A stretch of 64,000 nt of DNA from an uncultured Bacteroidales bacterium (GTDB lineage Bacteria > Bacteroidota > Bacteroidia > Bacteroidales > Bacteroidaceae): the NCBI GenBank assembly GCA_902776985.1, contig CACYSD010000001.1, positions 106,758 to 170,757 on the forward strand. Direction: 5' to 3'. Numbering within the stretch: position 1 is the first letter of the stretch; every line of letters begins with the position of its first letter. The notes below the pieces were generated by a model that saw only the letters and a program-made list of their open reading frames with translations, was not told where the DNA came from and did not search any database. The translations under genes and the position numbers were made by a program. Shown piece by piece: positions 52,801 through 63,800 of this stretch.

Positions 52801-55800
52801 ATAGACAGAGCCTTTGACTTTGGCATTTCCGTTGACGGTAAGATGGGTATCAGTGGCAAGAGCCAGGGTCTGAACATAAATAAGTAATGCATTTTCATAA
52901 CCCTCACCATAACTGCCAGGTTCACCATTGTTATTGTAATACTCCATTGAGTTGTCAGGCTTCATACGTCCAGGATTGGTTATTGCTCCTGGGTCAACGC
53001 CCTTACCTGCTCCAAAGACACTGCCTAAAATCTCGGCATTGTCCTTGACGGTGACTGTACATATACCCAAATTTGTATTAGCCAGAGTGAACGGCATTCC
53101 AACCTCCAGGTTTGGATGTTCTTCCTTGTTAGCCAAAGTGACAAGACTGTGTTTGCCCACAGATGCAATATCACCACCACCATACACGCTGCCTCCTACC
53201 TTGGTTAAGCCCTGAACAGAAACAACAGGATTGCCACGCACCAGTGCCGAGTATCCATGTGTACTTAAACCAGCGCCTGCACCATATACATCACCTTTGA
53301 TATCAGGTGCATATCCTCCTCCGGATGCCCCTTCAACACCTAAAGTAACTGCTGTATTTCCTTCCACACGTGCAATCTCCCCACCTCCAAACACAGAGCC
53401 GTAAACTGTTCCGTCACTGATGTTGACAATAGTTGTGTTAACCATGGCTTTTCTACACTCGAAGGTGTTAGACGCACCCTTGCCGGCACCGAACACATTT
53501 CCAAATCCGTTGCCTTCAGCACCAATAGTACCACCTGTAATAGTAACATTGCATACGCCGCTACCTCCAATATATGTATTAGAGCCATCTACATTCGTAG
53601 TATATGTGCCCACGTCACCTGCTTCACCGCCGCCATACACATTTCCCTTGACAACTGCAGCGTCACTTATGGTTACATTCGTCGTTTTCGCCAAAGCGGC
53701 ATCGGTTTGCGTAGAAATGGAATCACCTCGGGCTGCGCCGAACACACTTCCGTTGCGGATACCATCAACACCAATAGTTCCACCACTAATAGAAATAGAA
53801 GTAACACCACCATTAGTTATAGTAATTGCACCGGTATTGTCCTTTGTCATTGTTCCCACCGAACCCATAGCACCGGCACCATAGAGGTTATGTGCCACAA
53901 GACCTCCTGTGACGTTTACGGATGCATTACCTAATACAATACCAGCCAATGGATTGTAGCTGTCAAATATGCCGTCATTGTCTGAATCATATTTATCAGT
54001 ACCGCAACCACCGCCATACACATTTCCACGATAAGGATAATTTGCACCAGTGTATTCTACACCACCTGATGAAATTGGAGAACCACTCGTTATACCTATA
54101 GTTCCACTATGGATATCTACCAATGTATTTTCGTAAGTGTGGCCATTCTCTCCACTACCATAGACAGAGCCTTTTATCAGTGGAGATGTCAACGTAGTTC
54201 CCTGTCCCTCTGTACCAATCACCACATGAGCATCATGAACCCATGCCAATCGGTCGTGAATTTCTCCAGGAGCACCTACGTCACCACGAGACGAGCCGAA
54301 GACCATTCCATTTTCAGCTCCATTGGTGCCAATGATACCACCAGTAATAGTAACTAAAGCTGAACCACCAGACGTATATGATGTTATATTACCGGCATTG
54401 TCATACACATAAGTTCCGACAGAACCGTATGCACCACCACCATATACATTATGCAAAATCTTCGGTGAGATAGTATTTCCGCCAACAATAGTATCTTGGA
54501 TAGTCACATTTGTATTACCCTTTACCAATCCAGATTTCACGTCGGTGACTTTTCCCTTTCCTCCTCCATAGACATTGCCATACAATGCTCCACCAAGACC
54601 AGTTGTACCGATGGTACCACCTCCTTTAACAATCACCTCGGTATTTCCATCTACATTAGACTCTTCACCACCGCCATACACACTGCCACCAACAGTTGTT
54701 GAACCTTTAATATTCAGAACTGTTTTTCCTACATAACCGAGGGAAGTAAGGTCTTCATCTGTATATACAAAGTTCCCTAATCCCGAACTTTCCATTCCAG
54801 ACTCTCCGTTTTTCAGCACACTTTTATCAACTTGTTTCCACGTATAGGTCTCAAGGGTATTAATCTCACCCATATCAAACATGCCTATGTTGTTATTGAT
54901 GCCAGGATCCTGAGTGAACGCCGGTGTGTTTCGCACATAGACCGGGGGAAGCGATGCTGAATAACCTCCTCCATATACACTACCTTCCACCTTACAACTA
55001 TAAAGTGTGGAAGTGGCTGTTCCATTTACCTTGCCAAGATAGCCACCACCGTAGAAGTTGCCCGTTATATTACATCCGTTTAGGTTTGAAGTCACGCCGT
55101 TCGTAGTGGCAAGTGAGAATGAAGCAAACTTAACATAGAAACGTCCACCCGTTTTACCGGATGACCAATAGAAGAAGTCATAGTCGAAGTCAGTAGCCAC
55201 GCCCTTGCCCTTTTTACCATACTGGCCATTGTTTCCTGGAGACTTCGTTGTTGCACCGTCGAAATATTTTCCGCGATCATTGGCATAATCACCCTGTTTG
55301 TCTTTTGGGTTCCAATTCGCTATATCATAGTACTTCACCCTATTCAAAGAGGTACCACCATAGCCAGCTCCGCAGTATGTGCCAAACGTACAGTTGTTAG
55401 CATTGGTGATAACAGTTTTTCCCGCACTCATATCACCAAACTTCGGTCCTCCGCAGAACAATGTAACATGACTGTTCGTGATGTCCGTTTGTATGCTTCC
55501 CGTTATAGGCTTATTGGCATTTATTCCGCCACCAAAGAAGTTGGTTATGTCAGCCCAGTCTATCTGCCAACGTACGTTTCCGTCTATCTGCTCCAGCGAT
55601 GCACCTGCCATCTCGCCAAAACGTCCTCCGCTCACGTAGCACTCGGCTGGGTCATTTTGGTTCGCAACCACAGTAGGCTGATATGTTCCAGAAAGGTAGA
55701 ATTCGTCATAGTCACCTCCAGTAACGGAAATCGGAATATGTTTTGTTGATTGGGTACCATCACTATGAGTGCCATTGCCAAACTTAGCATACCAAGCATT

Positions 55801-57834
55801 ACCTCCCACATGTATATACTTTGTCGCTGTTGGCTTGCTGACTTTCGTAGAAACAAACTGCTTATACGACCCACCAAGAAGTATCAATGGAGCTGCCGAT
55901 TTGTCACCATTATCATACTCAAACTGTTCAAAATGGACCAAACATGTATTGGTTATCTCAAACCATCCTTTTATTTTGAATATTGACACATTACGAAAAG
56001 TCGATGCATTTTTAGGTATTTGTGCCTCCGCTATACCCACGATATTCAAGAAATCATAACGGATAGGAGAAATTTTTTGGCGATCATTATGACCGAATAT
56101 ATAGCTATAGTCGGGTTCGTTGTCATGGTTCAAGTCTATAGACATCAAAGTATATGGAATATCAGAAAACGTTGGATTATCCGCCTGATGAACGTTGCCA
56201 ACAAGCACCACAGCCTGGTCATACACGGTTTTGCTCGAGTTATCAAAACCAGTAAGAGCATTACTTATGGTGGTATAGACTTTTTGATTATTATTCCCGT
56301 CATTGTATATATCTATATTCGTATTGTTGTTATATTGTGTTCCAAACAGAGAAAAACTCTGTTTCCCATAACTATTGTTATACACAACGTCATACGTATC
56401 ATCAGACACATAGTTGGCTATTGCCCAATAAGGCTCAATAGTGATAGCCGTTACACCCTCTGGGACATCCCAATATGCGCCCTGCGAGAACACACGATAA
56501 CTACCATTAGTACCATATAAGTCCTTATTGGTACATTTACGGTCGGCAAAGTTATAACCGCCCCATTCGTCAGCCTCATTATAAGTACCTGATGTGCCAC
56601 CTGTGATACTAGTTATCTTCCATCCCGTAACTACACGACTTCCTGTATAGTTGCCAGTTCCCACGTCATTATAATAAGGTAGCTGCACCTTATCGTAGTT
56701 AAAATTGAAGTGGTCAAAGTCCTTGTCGGTACGCTGAAGTGTCAAGGAGGTGGTTGTGATGTCGGCACCATCCGGCCAACTCTGACCTCCATCGGTTTTA
56801 CTTGTGCTGATAGTTACAGTAAGCGTCTTATTAAGTTTTCCACCCTTGTTTCTTCCAACGGTAGCACTGTCAGGAGCATTTTTTATATCGGGGTTGATAA
56901 TAGATGGATAGTAGCCTTGAGCTTTTAAAATAGGATATGGATTAGGTTCATTGATGGTTCTGTCAGCCGTTTCAAGTACCCATTTTGCCATATCATTTGG
57001 ATTGACAGTAGTAGTTGCAGTAGAAGCATATTTGGCGGCCAGTTTGTTATTACTGTTGAGCAACAGACGATAGCGTTCAAATCGATTGATGAACTTCTCT
57101 TCCATTGCCAACGCCCTATTGTATTTCGTAATTAGTTTATTTTTACTATAAGGTGACTCATAACGATAGTAGTTATAATTGTTCATGCCACCTGCAACAT
57201 TATTGATCTCCACACCACCATAAATTGGTGATATTGTTCCGCCTGAAGAAATATCACCATAGAACATACAGTTCATCACCATAGTGGTCAAAGAAGATTG
57301 TGTTGAAGTCACTCTGTTATATCCTACAATACCTGCTTTTTCACTGCCAGCTGTAATATTAGCATAGCTGTAGCAGTTAATGACACGAGCTGTACCATCG
57401 AGGAGTCCGATGAGTCCACCTGTATAACCTGTACCACCTACAGAACCGCTAAGGATTCCGACATTATAGACTCTTGCTGAGCCATTGGCTGTACCAGCTA
57501 TCGCACCCACATTATCACCACTGGATATATTCACATCCTCCAGCACAAGATTCTTTACCGTACCGGTTAGTGTGGTAAAGAGAGGAGCACCAAGACCTGT
57601 AATCTTATATGGCATATGAGTATCAGGATCGAAATTTGCCTCAAGTGTACCATTGAAAGTAGTAACACCTGGAGTGCCACCACTTATATCCTGAGTAATG
57701 ATATAATGACCGTCAGCATCAGTAATCTGGCTCAACGAAGTGATGTTGGTTTGGCCCCACACTTGAGTGAGTCCAAATGTCAGCATCAGGGACAGAATAA
57801 ACAGAGTCTTGGAAGTATAGTGAAGTTGTTTCAT
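49840..57834 (-). CDS. Giant (2,664 aa) secreted repetitive protein: N-terminal GLUG-motif domains followed by hundreds of beta-helix-like V/Y-GGG repeats; no T9SS CTD at its C-terminus
   Basis: Signal peptide MKQLHYTSKTLFILSLMLTFGLTQVWG. GLUG-type motifs (GTGYTGGLIGLLDG, GDNVGAIAGTANG). More than 60 copies of GSVYGGG / NVYGGG / GNVFGAG separated by 15-25 residues. Internal ~330-aa tandem duplication. Confidence 0.6.
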   Translation of the reverse strand: MKQLHYTSKTLFILSLMLTFGLTQVWGQTNITSLSQITDADGHYIITQDISGGTPGVTTFNGTLEANFDPDTHMPYKITGLGAPLFTTLTGTVKNLVLEDVNISSGDNVGAIAGTANGSARVYNVGILSGSVGGTGYTGGLIGLLDGTARVINCYSYANITAGSEKAGIVGYNRVTSTQSSLTTMVMNCMFYGDISSGGTISPIYGGVEINNVAGGMNNYNYYRYESPYSKNKLITKYNRALAMEEKFINRFERYRLLLNSNNKLAAKYASTATTTVNPNDMAKWVLETADRTINEPNPYPILKAQGYYPSIINPDIKNAPDSATVGRNKGGKLNKTLTVTISTSKTDGGQSWPDGADITTTSLTLQRTDKDFDHFNFNYDKVQLPYYNDVGTGNYTGSRVVTGWKITSITGGTSGTYNEADEWGGYNFADRKCTNKDLYGTNGSYRVFSQGAYWDVPEGVTAITIEPYWAIANYVSDDTYDVVYNNSYGKQSFSLFGTQYNNNTNIDIYNDGNNNQKVYTTISNALTGFDNSSKTVYDQAVVLVGNVHQADNPTFSDIPYTLMSIDLNHDNEPDYSYIFGHNDRQKISPIRYDFLNIVGIAEAQIPKNASTFRNVSIFKIKGWFEITNTCLVHFEQFEYDNGDKSAAPLILLGGSYKQFVSTKVSKPTATKYIHVGGNAWYAKFGNGTHSDGTQSTKHIPISVTGGDYDEFYLSGTYQPTVVANQNDPAECYVSGGRFGEMAGASLEQIDGNVRWQIDWADITNFFGGGINANKPITGSIQTDITNSHVTLFCGGPKFGDMSAGKTVITNANNCTFGTYCGAGYGGTSLNRVKYYDIANWNPKDKQGDYANDRGKYFDGATTKSPGNNGQYGKKGKGVATDFDYDFFYWSSGKTGGRFYVKFASFSLATTNGVTSNLNGCNITGNFYGGGYLGKVNGTATSTLYSCKVEGSVYGGGYSASLPPVYVRNTPAFTQDPGINNNIGMFDMGEINTLETYTWKQVDKSVLKNGESGMESSGLGNFVYTDEDLTSLGYVGKTVLNIKGSTTVGGSVYGGGEESNVDGNTEVIVKGGGTIGTTGLGGALYGNVYGGGKGKVTDVKSGLVKGNTNVTIQDTIVGGNTISPKILHNVYGGGAYGSVGTYVYDNAGNITSYTSGGSALVTITGGIIGTNGAENGMVFGSSRGDVGAPGEIHDRLAWVHDAHVVIGTEGQGTTLTSPLIKGSVYGSGENGHTYENTLVDIHSGTIGITSGSPISSGGVEYTGANYPYRGNVYGGGCGTDKYDSDNDGIFDSYNPLAGIVLGNASVNVTGGLVAHNLYGAGAMGSVGTMTKDNTGAITITNGGVTSISISGGTIGVDGIRNGSVFGAARGDSISTQTDAALAKTTNVTISDAAVVKGNVYGGGEAGDVGTYTTNVDGSNTYIGGSGVCNVTITGGTIGAEGNGFGNVFGAGKGASNTFECRKAMVNTTIVNISDGTVYGSVFGGGEIARVEGNTAVTLGVEGASGGGYAPDIKGDVYGAGAGLSTHGYSALVRGNPVVSVQGLTKVGGSVYGGGDIASVGKHSLVTLANKEEHPNLEVGMPFTLANTNLGICTVTVKDNAEILGSVFGAGKGVDPGAITNPGRMKPDNSMEYYNNNGEPGSYGEGYENALLIYVQTLALATDTHLTVNGNAKVKGSVYGGSESGFVQFNSYVNIQGSCQIGTTDAGGNVFGGGLGLQDNAAAGRVSGNTSLNIGGGTMYGSVYGGGAYGYVGTYTVSADGRDFTWHTLHDAKTGICDVNITGGTIGSEGVTGKGNVFGASKGLANSYQCEKAMVDSTNVNISNGTVYGSVYGGGEIARVEGNTEVTIGVAGATGEGVAPDIRCSVFGAGAGVETHGYSALVRGNTAVLIQGRTKIGQNVYGGGEIASVGKYKVANADTLAKYPELVAAGIKIGMPYALTNDGLGICRVTVKDVAKIGPDNIGHVFGAGKGIVPHYDGTNKRMTFNNNNESVWETFASEEDYMKFVETMALVTKTFVDIDGSAFVKGSVYGGSESGFVQDNTQVTIQGSSCQIGTADTGGNVYGGGLGIEGNAVAGRVLGNTTLYIINGTMYGSVYGGGEAGIVWKDTYVNLTGGTVIHDAYGGGLAADVEGNTNVSLNENVADDACGCVVSRIFGCNNVSGTPKGTVTVHVFKTQKAGATRITNPVNGPATAKVLGEYDVAAVYGGGNLAAYEPTNAFLDYATNKALVDAAYTHVIIDGCDRTSIAQVYGGGNAASTPGTFVEINGTFEIGEVFGGGNGKDSIVVSGVLKENPGANIGYKDYSAVEDSYDTKDKRAEDPFKSYIYGSGQVKVVVHGGLIHAVYGGSNTKGNLRQTAMVILSEKDEADDDYCCFNVGEAYGGGKSADMDAETVMTMDCIPGLDIVYGGAENADVVGGATLNITNGRYGQVFGGNNRGGRIGGSIVVNIEETGCRPIIIGELFGGGNRAAYSIYGYTEKKDGNGDLILDVDGKIQWLPLKSTDAGALSSPYDSPHVNVKSFTSIGDIYGGGYGETAVMIGSPVVNINEVVGGKTNHSQANIATEGTITISEELTPGVVTTRELKYPPHTQGAIGSINNVFGGGNEAEVVGDTYVNIGTEEKIQYVTGADTETKITVKGVNILGNVYGGGNKANVTGQTNVTIGKSE

Positions 57835-57842
57835 TTTTATAT

Positions 57843-60800
57843 TTAATGAATAATCAATTTCTTGTTGTTAACGAGATAAACTCCCTTTGCAGATACAGGA
57901 ACTTCGAATGTTTCGTCGGTATGTATCTTGAATGTGGCAACGCGTGCTCCGTCGGCAGTGTAAATGCGTATAGGCATTGTCCTGCGAAGCGTAGACTTAA
58001 CCACTATCTTGTCATTCTCAGAGTAAACAATGAGTGAACCGTCATCGATGTCCTCGCCTGTAGGTTCGAGATCTATCTCACCGCTTGACTTATTAAGGAT
58101 AATCTTACGTGCCTTAGTTGAAGACGGAGCCTTAATGTATGGTCTGAAAGCAGTTAACGAAGCTGCACCGGCAGTTGTATTCTCGAAACTGCCACCATCG
58201 TTGTCGAGGGCAAAGACACTCACACTCGCTGCCTCCGGATTGTTCAGATATGTAGGAACGAATGTATATCCGCCAGAAGAAACGCCTTCCATCTCGTTGT
58301 CGCTGACACCGATAGAAGTTCCTTCCACTGAAGCGAAGGTAATATACTGCTTACCTGGGCTGGCAATGGTGATTGGGAAGTTGACAAGATTGTCAGGAGT
58401 CCACGTTCCGCTCAGGTCAAACTCGAAGAAGGTCTTTCCTGGGAAGCCCACGATATACGGTTTGCCTGCATCGTAGTAAGGATAGTTGTCTACCGGATAA
58501 CGGGCAGCAAGATAATCCGTACTATAATAGATCTTCTTGAATTCGTCTGTATTTCTGTCAAGGAATTCATACTGGCTATAATAGTAATCGTAGAGGAATG
58601 TATTAGTGTAATTCTTCGTATGGTTACTTGGAGCCAGAGGGTCGAAGTCGGCAGTAAAGACTCCATCAACAGGTTGGTTGTTTTCCATCTTCTGCTGAAC
58701 ATTACCCTTGAATTCACGGAGCCAGTACTCGTGTCCCTTCGTGCTGTTCTTATAGAAGTGAGTCAGTTCACCCTTCTTATCCGTAGTTACCAATTCAACT
58801 TCGAACGGCAGGCTGACACTTTCCCAACCAGAGTTCATATTGACGAAGTGATCAGGATAACGCTGATACCACATGCGGTTGCCACTGCCGAAATTATATG
58901 CGATAGGAGCATTGAAGTCCTGAAGGTCTACGAGGAAGTGGTCTCTAACTGCTGTATATACACCACCCGACTGCTGTACCCAGTGACCACGGATGTGGGA
59001 TGGGTCCATAAAGTCAACTGTTCGATAAGTGGTATTCGTCTCAGTATATGTGCCATCGGCGAGATATGCGCTAACCACATTGGCAGTCTTCTGCGAAGCG
59101 TTTGGAGTCTGTCCTGTTCCTGTGCCGCCTGGAACACCAGTATAGACAAGCAGGTTCTTCGTCAGATCAACATTAACGAAGGCTGAGAGTCCGCCGTCAT
59201 CAAGCAATGGTGGATAGAAGCGTGCCGGCAATTTGCCTGATGCAGCCACATTACCCATCTTATAGCCTGCTGCCAAGTCTCCATTTCCTCCTGTGAAGTC
59301 AATGGCAGTCATATCCTTGTATGCAATCATTGATTCGTCGCCGTACATCGTCTGGGCAAATACAGCATAAGGATTGAAGTATGCCACACCTGCATTTCCG
59401 GAACGGTAGTAAGCCGGAGCACGGAATACACGGTTTCCTGCGTCGGTTGTCACGAGATAGTTTCCACTACGGTTGATTACAGTAGGATTATCCTGATGAG
59501 TACGTCCGTTGACATGATTGTAATTCAATGCCTGACCGAAGAAGAAATAGTCGTCTGGCCAGATAGGATGATAAGCTTCATGCTCTTCATCATATCTCTC
59601 ATCGAGATCACTAGGTACTTCACCCCCTGCATACTGGTAGTCACCATCTGCAAAGCGGCTCTCTACATAGCTGCCCAAATAGTTGTCGGCATTGTCGTAG
59701 AAGAGATATGGGCCTGTAGCATTCGCATAGTAACCAGTATGGAGCGTAAGCGTCTTGTTCGCACCAACGGTATAGTATTGATACGGATTGGTGTTAACAG
59801 AAGAGTTGTTGTCGCAATAACGCTTAAACAGATAGAATCCGTTCAGGTCATAAGTAACTTCTCCGTTTCGGAATGCGTGGAGAGGTTTCTCTATTGATCC
59901 GCTGCCCGACAGATACTGATTCTCCTGAGGATAATAGCAGTTCACCAGATGAACTGTACGGTTTGCCGTATTGATAGGATTCTCAAAGAGAGCTTTCTTA
60001 TTCTTCTCAGTGTTGTCCGAAGTGTTAATCCAGCAGTTCTCGAGATAACCGCTTCCTTCATCAGCTATTCCGGCAGAAGTGTATGAACCGGTAACACCAA
60101 GGTTATATACCTCACCGCAAAGGTGTCCGAAGAGTGAGTGGTCAAGACCGGTAATGGTATGTCCGTCACCATGCAGCGTTCCTTCGAAGCACTTGCCGGT
60201 ATCTTCCAAAGAGTTGTCATAGCCGATAGGTGTCCAACCAGTAACTGAGCCGCCATCCACGCTGTATGCTTTCGGACTGACATCACTGCGGAGGATGAAT
60301 TCGAGATTACGTGCGGAATGAACATGAGTATCAAGATTAGCATGACCTTCAAGTGCAGTTCCTGCTTCCGGAGTGGTAGAGAGTACACTCAGGTCGAAGA
60401 AATCCTTAAGCAAGTCAAGTTCACTCTTAGTAGGATCGGACTCACAAGTACGGTTGTCAATATAAATCTTGCTCTCGCGCTTCACACCTGGATTATCCAC
60501 ATACATGTGGTGTGCCTTATCCTTCATCACGGCATCAAGGTCATGATAGTTGGCAACTCTCAATGGCACGTGGTTAGAATAAGTTTCACCGAGGTATGTC
60601 TTTGCGTAGTAAGCCACATAGTAGCCGTCGTTGTACCAATAAAGCTTATCAACTCTTGGTATATAGTCAATACCGTTGGTATGGTTCTCTGCATCGCTGA
60701 TCTTCTCGAATATCTTCCATCCACCACCGGTTACTTCGTATGCACCAGGGATAACGTTTGGTTCACGGAGACCGACATAGTCACCAGGAATAACCATTCG

Positions 60801-63800
60801 TGGAGACTTGATATTCTCAACTGTAGGCACACCGCTCTTGAACTGCAGGTGGAAGTTCACCACGTGGCGTTCGCTGATAGGAGTAATGTGCATTGCGGTT
60901 GCGTCACTCTCCTCATAATTGTATTCATAAATTACAGTTATGATCTTCTCCTTTGAGAGGTCGAATATATCGGAATTGCGAGCCACATACAGTGTACCTG
61001 TTCCATTCGGTGAAATACCGTGGATAAGGAAGTTCATTTGTTTGTTGGTAAGGTTGGAGTAATTGGATGCTTCAATCACGAATCCAAGTGGTACAGTCTG
61101 TCCGTTGGTATATGATGCAGAACCTGTGCTACCTTCAACAGCTGCCTTCGTCACAGCCACACCTTCACCATGCTCACCCACAACATAGCTTTCGCGACAA
61201 TAATAATATGTCTTGCCAACCTGTTCTGAAGTAAAGGTGAGGACGCTGATATTACTCTGTTCTGATGTACCCAGACTATTATAAGCATTCGCTGTAATAG
61301 TAGTTCCGGCTGCATAAGGAGAGTTACCAATTTCGAATGCTGTATGGACTACATACACATTTCCTGCAGCTTGCACGCTGATAGGTGAATAGAAACGCTT
61401 CTCGTTAGGAATTGACTCGAATACAGTGCGGCTAACCTCTGTGCCGTTGGTAATAGTCTTACCACCATAGTTCAGAGTCTCTGTTCCCTGATATGTAGCT
61501 GAATAGTCAACATACTGAGAAAGTGAATAACCTACTCCGTTTGCCTCGACTTGTGCTGCAGTAGTGAAGTCGGCGCCGTCATACTGATACTTACGTCCTT
61601 CAGCATAAACAACGTTTCCTGCTTCATCCCTACTATATAGCGGATCTATCAACAGGTCGAATGCGTCGTAGTTGAAATCAAATCTCTCTCTGTCGGTCTT
61701 AGACATAGATGACCATACCTCCAGACCACGATAGTTCTTACCTACCTCATAGTAGTTTCCTCCATACAAACCTGCTGTTGTACAGATATAAGCCGGAACT
61801 ATACTGTTGTCAATCTCGTCTGCCAGCAATGGGCTTTCGGTTTGATACATACTAATGTATTCAGCCTTTTGCTCGGCAGTCATCTTTGTATTGACGTAGA
61901 TATACTCTGTAGCTTCGAGCTGGATGGTTCCGAGACAGATATATGCCGGTGAAGCACTACCTGCAGGAAGTGTAGGAACCAATGAAGCAGGAATTGCAGT
62001 ACCTACATTGAGGTGGTGAACGTCACCGCCATCATTGTATTCCACCTGTTCGGTTACAATATATGCAGGCTCGAACTCTGCCTGACCGTCAGGAACGTCA
62101 GAGCTATGACTTGTAATCATAGACTGATAAGTGTCGTAGGTTTCCTTGGAAATGACATTGTCGATATTATATCCACGCTGTCCAAGGATACCGCCTTCGG
62201 TTCCCTTCAGATGATATGTAGGTCCGCTTTCGTAGCCTGTTTCATTATTATAATCTTCTGGACTCAATCGTTCATGATTAGCGCTTTCCACCTTGGTGTA
62301 CCATGTATCCCATGGTCTCGGGTTACTCATGCTGTATGTAAGCATATAACCTGTGTCGTGACCTACATTGTTGGATGAGCGGAAAATATAATCGAATGCA
62401 ACATCCTTCTGCAGCTCAGTATGGTAGGCAGAAGGTTCGAGAGGCGACTCTGTACCGTTCAGACGTTTCTTAGGTGCAGATGCCTTAAGAGTCTCATAAT
62501 CTTCTGGCAACAACACTGAACCCTCTGGATAATCAGTATCGCCCACCTTGCAGGCAGCAATCGTAACATAGGTATCTTCTACGAACAATGCACGCTCAGC
62601 CTTGCTTAAGAGATACCAATCCCAATAGCTGATAGGATCGTTCTTGTAGTATGACACGTCATTAATCACAATCTTCTTTCCATCTTCGATAGGCACATCA
62701 GGTTGTGAGAAATAAGCATAACGGTTTGGCATCACGTTGAGCAACTTCATGTGTGCATTTGAAGATGCTGTGATTGTCAACGGAATGTTAATACGTTCGC
62801 TATAAGCGTTTGGTGAACCTGTATATGCTGAGATATAACGGTCATAGACATATACCGAACCCTTGATGAACCAATAGTGTGCAGGAACAGCACCATCACC
62901 TGAATATCGTCCACTGATATTGTAGCAGTCGTCGATAATGGTCTGTGTTCCATGAACGAAGTTACCAGAGGTCTGCCACTCATAAAGATCGGTTGTTGAA
63001 TAGGTATAGTTCTTACGTGTGATGGCATCTGCATTCAATTCAGTCAGAGTATCGTGGTTTTTCGGTGTATAAGTTTGCCGTCCATGCTCATTTTTCGCAT
63101 ATACGAATCCACCACCAATACCTGTCTGCACATTGATAAGGTCCAGCTCAATGACGCCGGTCACATAACCCCAGTCCTTCTCGTTAAGCTCTGTTCCAGT
63201 ACTCTTCTCTGAAGTCAGTTCCAGATACACACCGGAAGCAAGAGCCACCTTGTTGAAACTTGTACCGTTATTGCGCTTACGTTCCTTAACGTGCTTCTTC
63301 TTCCAGTTGTAGTATGTCAGGTCATCACCCACGAGATTACCGTGTTCGTCTTTTTCTGGGCCATAGGTTTCAGTATCACTGTTATCGGTAATACGAGTGT
63401 CCTCGTTTGGTCTGAAGTGAACATCACTGGTCAGCGCACCAAGATAGTTGACGACATTATAGATACCGAAATAGTTACCATGGATTGCCTTGCTAACATC
63501 CAGATAGTCCTCTGGTTCCTCTGAATTGGGATCTGCTCCTGGTTTGTGTTCAATATCCGCAGGAATAACAGAACGTTTCTGGTTGAGCGAAACCTCGCGT
63601 ACACGGTTAATGGTATAGTTCGTATAGTCCACAACCTCAGGCACACGGTCCTGGGCACCCTTCATCACCATTCGGCTACCGAAGACCCCACAGAAGTCTG
63701 AACGCTGAATAGTGTTCATCAGACGTCCTGCATAGATTGAGCAGACACCGTTCTCTTCCCAATAGATAGGATTAGGTACTTTCTCTCCCTTATCATTGGT

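Noticed and set aside
49537-57000. Numerous 60-260-aa ORFs on the plus strand within the giant genes (for example 49537-50316 and 53420-53884)
   Set aside because: They are antisense to a continuous 8-kb reading frame and are generated by the low-stop GGN/GTN-rich repeats.
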